A stretch of DNA of 64,000 nucleotides, taken from NCBI GenBank assembly GCA_951406725.2, contig OX597832.1, positions 21,576,001 to 21,640,000 on the forward strand, in the 5' to 3' direction. Source of the stretch: Octopus vulgaris (taxonomy: Eukaryota). Below the pieces are notes generated by a model. That model worked only from the letters and a program-made list of their open reading frames with translations, was not told the origin of the DNA and did not search any database. Shown here piece by piece: positions 59,298 to 64,000 of this stretch (positions are counted from its first letter, which is position 1; the number at the start of each line of letters is the position of its first letter). Position numbers and translations under genes: made by a program.

Positions 59298-59395
59298 AGG
59301 AGGGTTTAACGTTTCGAGCGGAGCTCTTCGTCGGAAACATAGGAGAAGGAAAGATCCAGAGAAGGGAAGACAGAGGAAAAAAAATCGCGGTCACA
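59156..59395 (-). mobile_element. Mini-element with hammerhead-like motif (CCGACGA core)
   Basis: 59304-59338(-): GTTT CCGACGA A GAGC tcc GCTC GAAA CG TT AAAC; ends AACTATA in the SINE's (TA)n. Confidence 0.72.
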
Positions 59396-59419
59396 TTTTG
59401 AATGACCGGAAGGAAATGT

Positions 59420-59474
<55 letters not shown>

Positions 59475-59568
59475 CCTCCCTCTCTCAATATATCTATCTA
59501 TCTATATATATATACATATATATATATGTAGATAGTTTTTATTTGTGAATTAAGGATACCATTTGTTT

Positions 59569-59724
59569 CATGTTAAGAAGAGTAGGAGAATACCCAGGTA
59601 TCTTAGAAAATGTTCAAGTCGATCAGATGAAGACTGTTTGCCGAAATGGTGGCGAACACCTTTCTCCATTTGATCGGCTTGAAAAATTGTTAAGATACCT
59701 GGGTATTCTACTCTTCTTAACATG
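59569..59724. repeat. 156-bp fold-back inverted repeat
   Basis: CATGTTAAGAAGAGTAG..AATACCCAGGTATCTTA...GATCAGATG versus its imperfect reverse complement ending CTACTCTTCTTAACATG. Confidence 0.9.
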
Positions 59725-59941
59725 CCAAATGCCGCGCTGTGGGACTGAACCTGGAACCACATGGTTTCAAACAGAGCTTCTTAACCACACGGCTGCGCTT
59801 GCATGAGAGAATGTCTTTCTTCTTCATCGCTTTACAACTTTCCTCTACAAAGATATATCAGACACCGTTGTTCTTGATCTCTGGTTGTCTAGCTCAACAA
59901 AGACAACTTACCTATTAAACTGTGATGTTATTCTTCCCTAA

Positions 59942-59993
<52 letters not shown>

Positions 59994-60320
59994 TTTATTC
60001 CTTTTATAACAATTTCGTTTCGTTTCGTTCATTGTTTACCTCTCATTTGAAAGTTTTTACATTTCCCGATTGAACCTTATTCAAGGCAAAAATATCAAAT
60101 AAACTTCTTTTCCTCTATTCTCTACATTATTGAAAAAAAGGCTTTTGTTAGACACCAATTTCTATATTCAAATCATAATGCTTCAAATAACTACAAAGAT
60201 CTCCTATTCTGATAACTCCCTATAAACTCATAAAATTACGAATTGAATCGCAGGATGAAAACAAAAAATGTCTTCTGAAAATATATATATTGTGTCATTT
60301 AGTAATGGCTAATACGCATA

Positions 60321-60490
60321 AGGCGTAAGCATGGCTGTGTGGTTAAGAAGTTCGCCTTGCAACCTCGTATTTTTGGGGTTCAGTCCCACACCACAGCACC
60401 TTGGTCAAGTGTTTTCTGCTTCTGCTACAGCTACGGGTTGATCAATGCATTGGGAGTAGAGGGAAACTGAGTGGATACTCGTTGTATATT
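60321..60490 (+). mobile_element. SINE family A, degenerate 5' half
   Basis: TGGCTGTGTGGTTAAG, GGTTCAGTCCCAC, CACCTTGGTCAAGTG. Confidence 0.7.
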
Positions 60491-60501
60491 CACACATACA
60501 C

Positions 60502-60540
<39 letters not shown>

Positions 60541-60659
60541 AATATACATATAAATAAGTACATATAATTATACATTTATACATACACACACACGCTCACA
60601 CACACACATGCTCTCTCTCACACACATACTCACACGCTCACACACACGCACACACACAG

Positions 60660-60775
60660 ATGGTTCAAATATACAAAAAACCAAAGACAGAGATAGATAT
60701 GAGGGAACAACAAATAACGTATATCATTAGTTTGACGCTCAGGGAAAATGAAAATGTCTTTGACGTTTCGAGCCT
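60660..60775 (-). mobile_element. Truncated hammerhead mini-element (3' half only)
   Basis: GGCTC GAAA CG TC AAAGAC...CCTGAGCGTCAAACTAAT on the minus strand, homologous to 16430-16616. Confidence 0.55.
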
Positions 60776-60887
60776 TATATACATGCATATATATATGTGT
60801 GTGTTTGTTTGTGTGTGTGTATGCATGCATGTATGTATGTATGTATGTATGTATGTATGTATGTATGTATGTTTGATGTACTGTCAC

Positions 60888-61175
60888 GTGGGCTCCTTGA
60901 GTTGTGCACTGAACACTCTCTCTTTATCATCAACACCCGACTCTTAGATCATTTCAAGACCACCCGGAAGCACCCTAGGTCGAAACACTGGTACCTCCTG
61001 GACTACTCCATCATCCAGCAACGCAACAAAAGGAAGGTTCTCATCACGCCAACGGCTACCATCACGGACGGTTGCTGGACAGACCATCGTCAAGTCATCA
61101 CTCGCCTTCGAATAATGGTTAACAACAAACCACAGACTGGGAAAACAAAACCAGCCAGAAGAAAATTTGGCATAA
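60888..61175 (+). pseudogene. RTE-clade LINE APE-endonuclease fragment
   Basis: GLLELCTEHSLFIINT...TRKHPRSKHWYLLDYSII...CWTDHRQV matches the RTE EN motifs HPRSKHW..DY and TDH. Confidence 0.85.
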
Positions 61176-61184
61176 ATACGGAAA

Positions 61185-61601
<417 letters not shown>

Positions 61602-61789
61602 ATAGTAAAATATAAACCAAAACTCGAAACAGAGATAGAGCACGCGTGAGATAAACAACAAAATTTACCAGGCTTTAACCACTGGTTAAGTCGACGTTGT
61701 TGATTTTATGACTTGTAACTGTATTCCCATGATTCATTATTACCAAGTGCAAAGTGCATTATCATTGTCATTTTGTTCTGATGGTATTT

Positions 61790-62163
61790 TTTTTACTTGT
61801 TTCAGTCATTTGACTGTGACCATGCTGGAGCACCACATTTAGTCGAGAAAATCGACCCCAGGACTAATTCTTTGTAAACCTGGTACTTATTCTATCGGTC
61901 TCTTTTGTCGAACCGCTAAGTTACGGGGACGTAGACACACCAGTATCGGTTGTCAAGTGATGTTGGGGGAACAAACACAGACACACAAACATATACACAC
62001 ACATACATATATATATATATACATACATATATACGACGGGCTTCTTTGAGTTTCCGTCTACCAAATCCTCTCACAAGGCTATAGTAGAAGACACGCAGTG
62101 GGACTGAACCCGGAACCATGTGGTTGGTAAGCAAGCTACTTACCACAGAGCCACTCCTACGCC
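61790..62163 (-). mobile_element. SINE family A with internal deletions
   Basis: TTTCAGTCATTTGACTG tail through CCACTCCTACGCC head; CORE-like segment deleted. Confidence 0.88.
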
Positions 62164-62204
62164 TATAAGAAGATTTATTTATTTCTTACATACACGCAAG
62201 AGAA

Positions 62205-62575
62205 AAATTTCAAGGAAGGGGTTCAGTTGATTAAATCGTCCGAGCATCACGTGGCAAAGTTCATTTTATCAAGATCGGATGGATAAAGGGAAAATTTGAC
62301 CTTGACAAGATTTGAAATCAGGACGTGAAGAGTTGAGAAGTATACCGCAAGACAGTCTGTCTGACGCTGCAGCGTTTCTGCCAATTCACCACTCTAATAA
62401 TTGTAACAGAGGAACGAGGCCTTGGGGTTTCAGGGGCGTCTAGCTGGTACTTCATTATGTCGAGTTCGAAAGAATAAAAGGTAAATTTGTCATGGGTGAG
62501 ATTTGAAATGTGGACATAAAGAGAAGAAAAAATACTGAAAGGTATGCTTGCCCTCGCATCTAACGCTCCACCATA
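62205..62575 (-). mobile_element. Two old, degenerate SINE family B copies
   Basis: AAAGG..AAATTTG....GATTTGAAAT pattern occurs twice; TTCTGCCAATTCACC. Confidence 0.5.
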
Positions 62576-63039
62576 CTTAGAAATTATATTTTAAAAAAAC
62601 ACCTTAAAAATACTGAAAAACCATAGAAACTAATTAGTTGATAAAGACTTTAATACGTAAAATGATGTTAAATACTTCATTTTTAAGATGGTGGTGATTT
62701 GAAGTTTCGCTTGAATTCAAGTTCTCTAATTCTAACTGAAAGTATTTGAATATTACGTTTATGAAGATTGGCTGAAGTGGGAGGAGCTAATTAAGCTAAT
62801 TAATTGGATTAATTGGCGAAGAAGACAGCTAGACATAGAGAAGAGTAATAGAAAAAGTTGTCTACAATGGCAAAAAATATGGAAGATACTGAGTTAATAA
62901 CGCAACATAGTTACTGCGCATGCGTATGTTTTACTGGCGATAACGGTTGAATGTGGTGTGCAATTGAAAGTATAAATATATGAACTGGTTAAAATCGATC
63001 ATAAAAAATCGATTCCATGTTTGTTTATAATTAATGATT

Positions 63040-63238
63040 TAGGCATATGAACAGCAGTTTTGAGGAGAGGGGAGTCTGTCGATACCTTCCACTCCAATGG
63101 TATTTTATTTTATCGATCCGCGAGGAATGAAAGGCAAAGTTAACTCCGGTGAGATTTGAACTCAGAACGTAAAGAGTCATAAGTAAATACACAGAAGTAT
63201 TTAATCCGACACTGTAGCGACTCTGCCAGCTCGCCGCT
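63040..63238 (-). mobile_element. SINE family B
   Basis: GAATGAAAGGCAAAGT...GATTTGAACTCAGAACG...CTGCCAGCTCGCCGC. Confidence 0.8.
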
Positions 63239-63442
63239 TGAATTTTGTTTATAATCAATAAAATAACGTGGTTTTGACAACACATAGTCATGTTGCGTGT
63301 GTGTGTGTGTGGAAAAGAGAGAGAAAGAGAGAGAATATGTAATTATTTGAATAATATGAGAGCAGGTAAGTTATATAACATGTATATTCTTTTATTCTTT
63401 GTTCCAGTCATTTGACTGCGGCCATGATGGTTTGAGATTTAA

Positions 63443-63836
63443 TCTATATATATATATAAAGCTGAAGTTGTCTGTGTATGGCAGGTTTGGTAGCCTTCAA
63501 CTAACGCTATCTCTTCCGAGACCCTGCGGAGCAAGTTGACCAAAATTGAGAGTATGATAGAAGAAGGCTTGCTCTTCTTTCCGTAGAAGAAAAAAATTCA
63601 AATCGGACCATGTTAACACCAAAAATTATTTACATCAAAAAGGTGCCTTTTTTCTATGAAAATCCCTATTTTTTACGATTTTTTGACTGCTGTGTTGCCA
63701 TCTTTCGGTGTATTTCAACCAGAAAAATGTTCACTTAAAGAGAATAACAAGCTACATAATGCAAAATTTTTACTTTTCAGAACTTCCAATTCTAAAGAGT
63801 GAAACAAACCACAGCAACGCCGGGCGATACTGCTAC
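63443..63836 (+). mobile_element. Non-autonomous Helitron-like element
   Basis: Starts A|TCTATATATATATATAAAGCTGAAG; ends with a small GC hairpin (CGCCGGGCG) then TGCTAC|T (variant of CTRR); no TSD. Confidence 0.6.
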
Positions 63837-64000
63837 TTTTATATAAGTGATTCTAAAACTAGGCGAATTCCTTATGAAATCTTAGCTAAGCCTATAAGTG
63901 GAGTCTTAAGACAGCGAGCAGGCAGACTCGTTTATTCATAATGGCGTTTCTTCCGGTACTTTACAGTTTCACATTTTTAGTTCAAATAACGCCGAGGCTA

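Overview
AT-rich, microsatellite-saturated eukaryotic DNA. The SINE repertoire and repeat style suggest an octopod cephalopod (inference). I found no credible host protein-coding exon; almost all ORFs in the supplied track are translations of simple repeats or SINEs. Mobile elements present: about 30 tRNA-derived SINE copies or fragments in four apparent families; a full-length but stop-interrupted Tc1 (DD34E) element with ~190-bp TIRs (16630-18219); two mariner remnants; a Tc2/pogo-type MITE; a Helitron-like element; L1/Tx1-like and RTE-like LINE fragments; and the 3' end of a Penelope-like element. Two things stand out. (1) A structurally intact full-length 7SL/SRP RNA sequence (30527-30822) lacks a Pol III terminator and is fused to a SINE-type 3' tail whose hairpin shows compensatory changes, making it a candidate 7SL-derived SINE. 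(2) About ten minimal type I hammerhead-ribozyme motifs occur in distinct small elements: a 352-bp retrozyme-like direct-repeat unit, a perfect 126-bp palindrome with a hammerhead on each strand, a tRNA-head plus hammerhead chimera, and a ~200-bp microsatellite-embedded family with non-canonical cores. All structures were read by eye; repeat boundaries are approximate and no activity is demonstrated.
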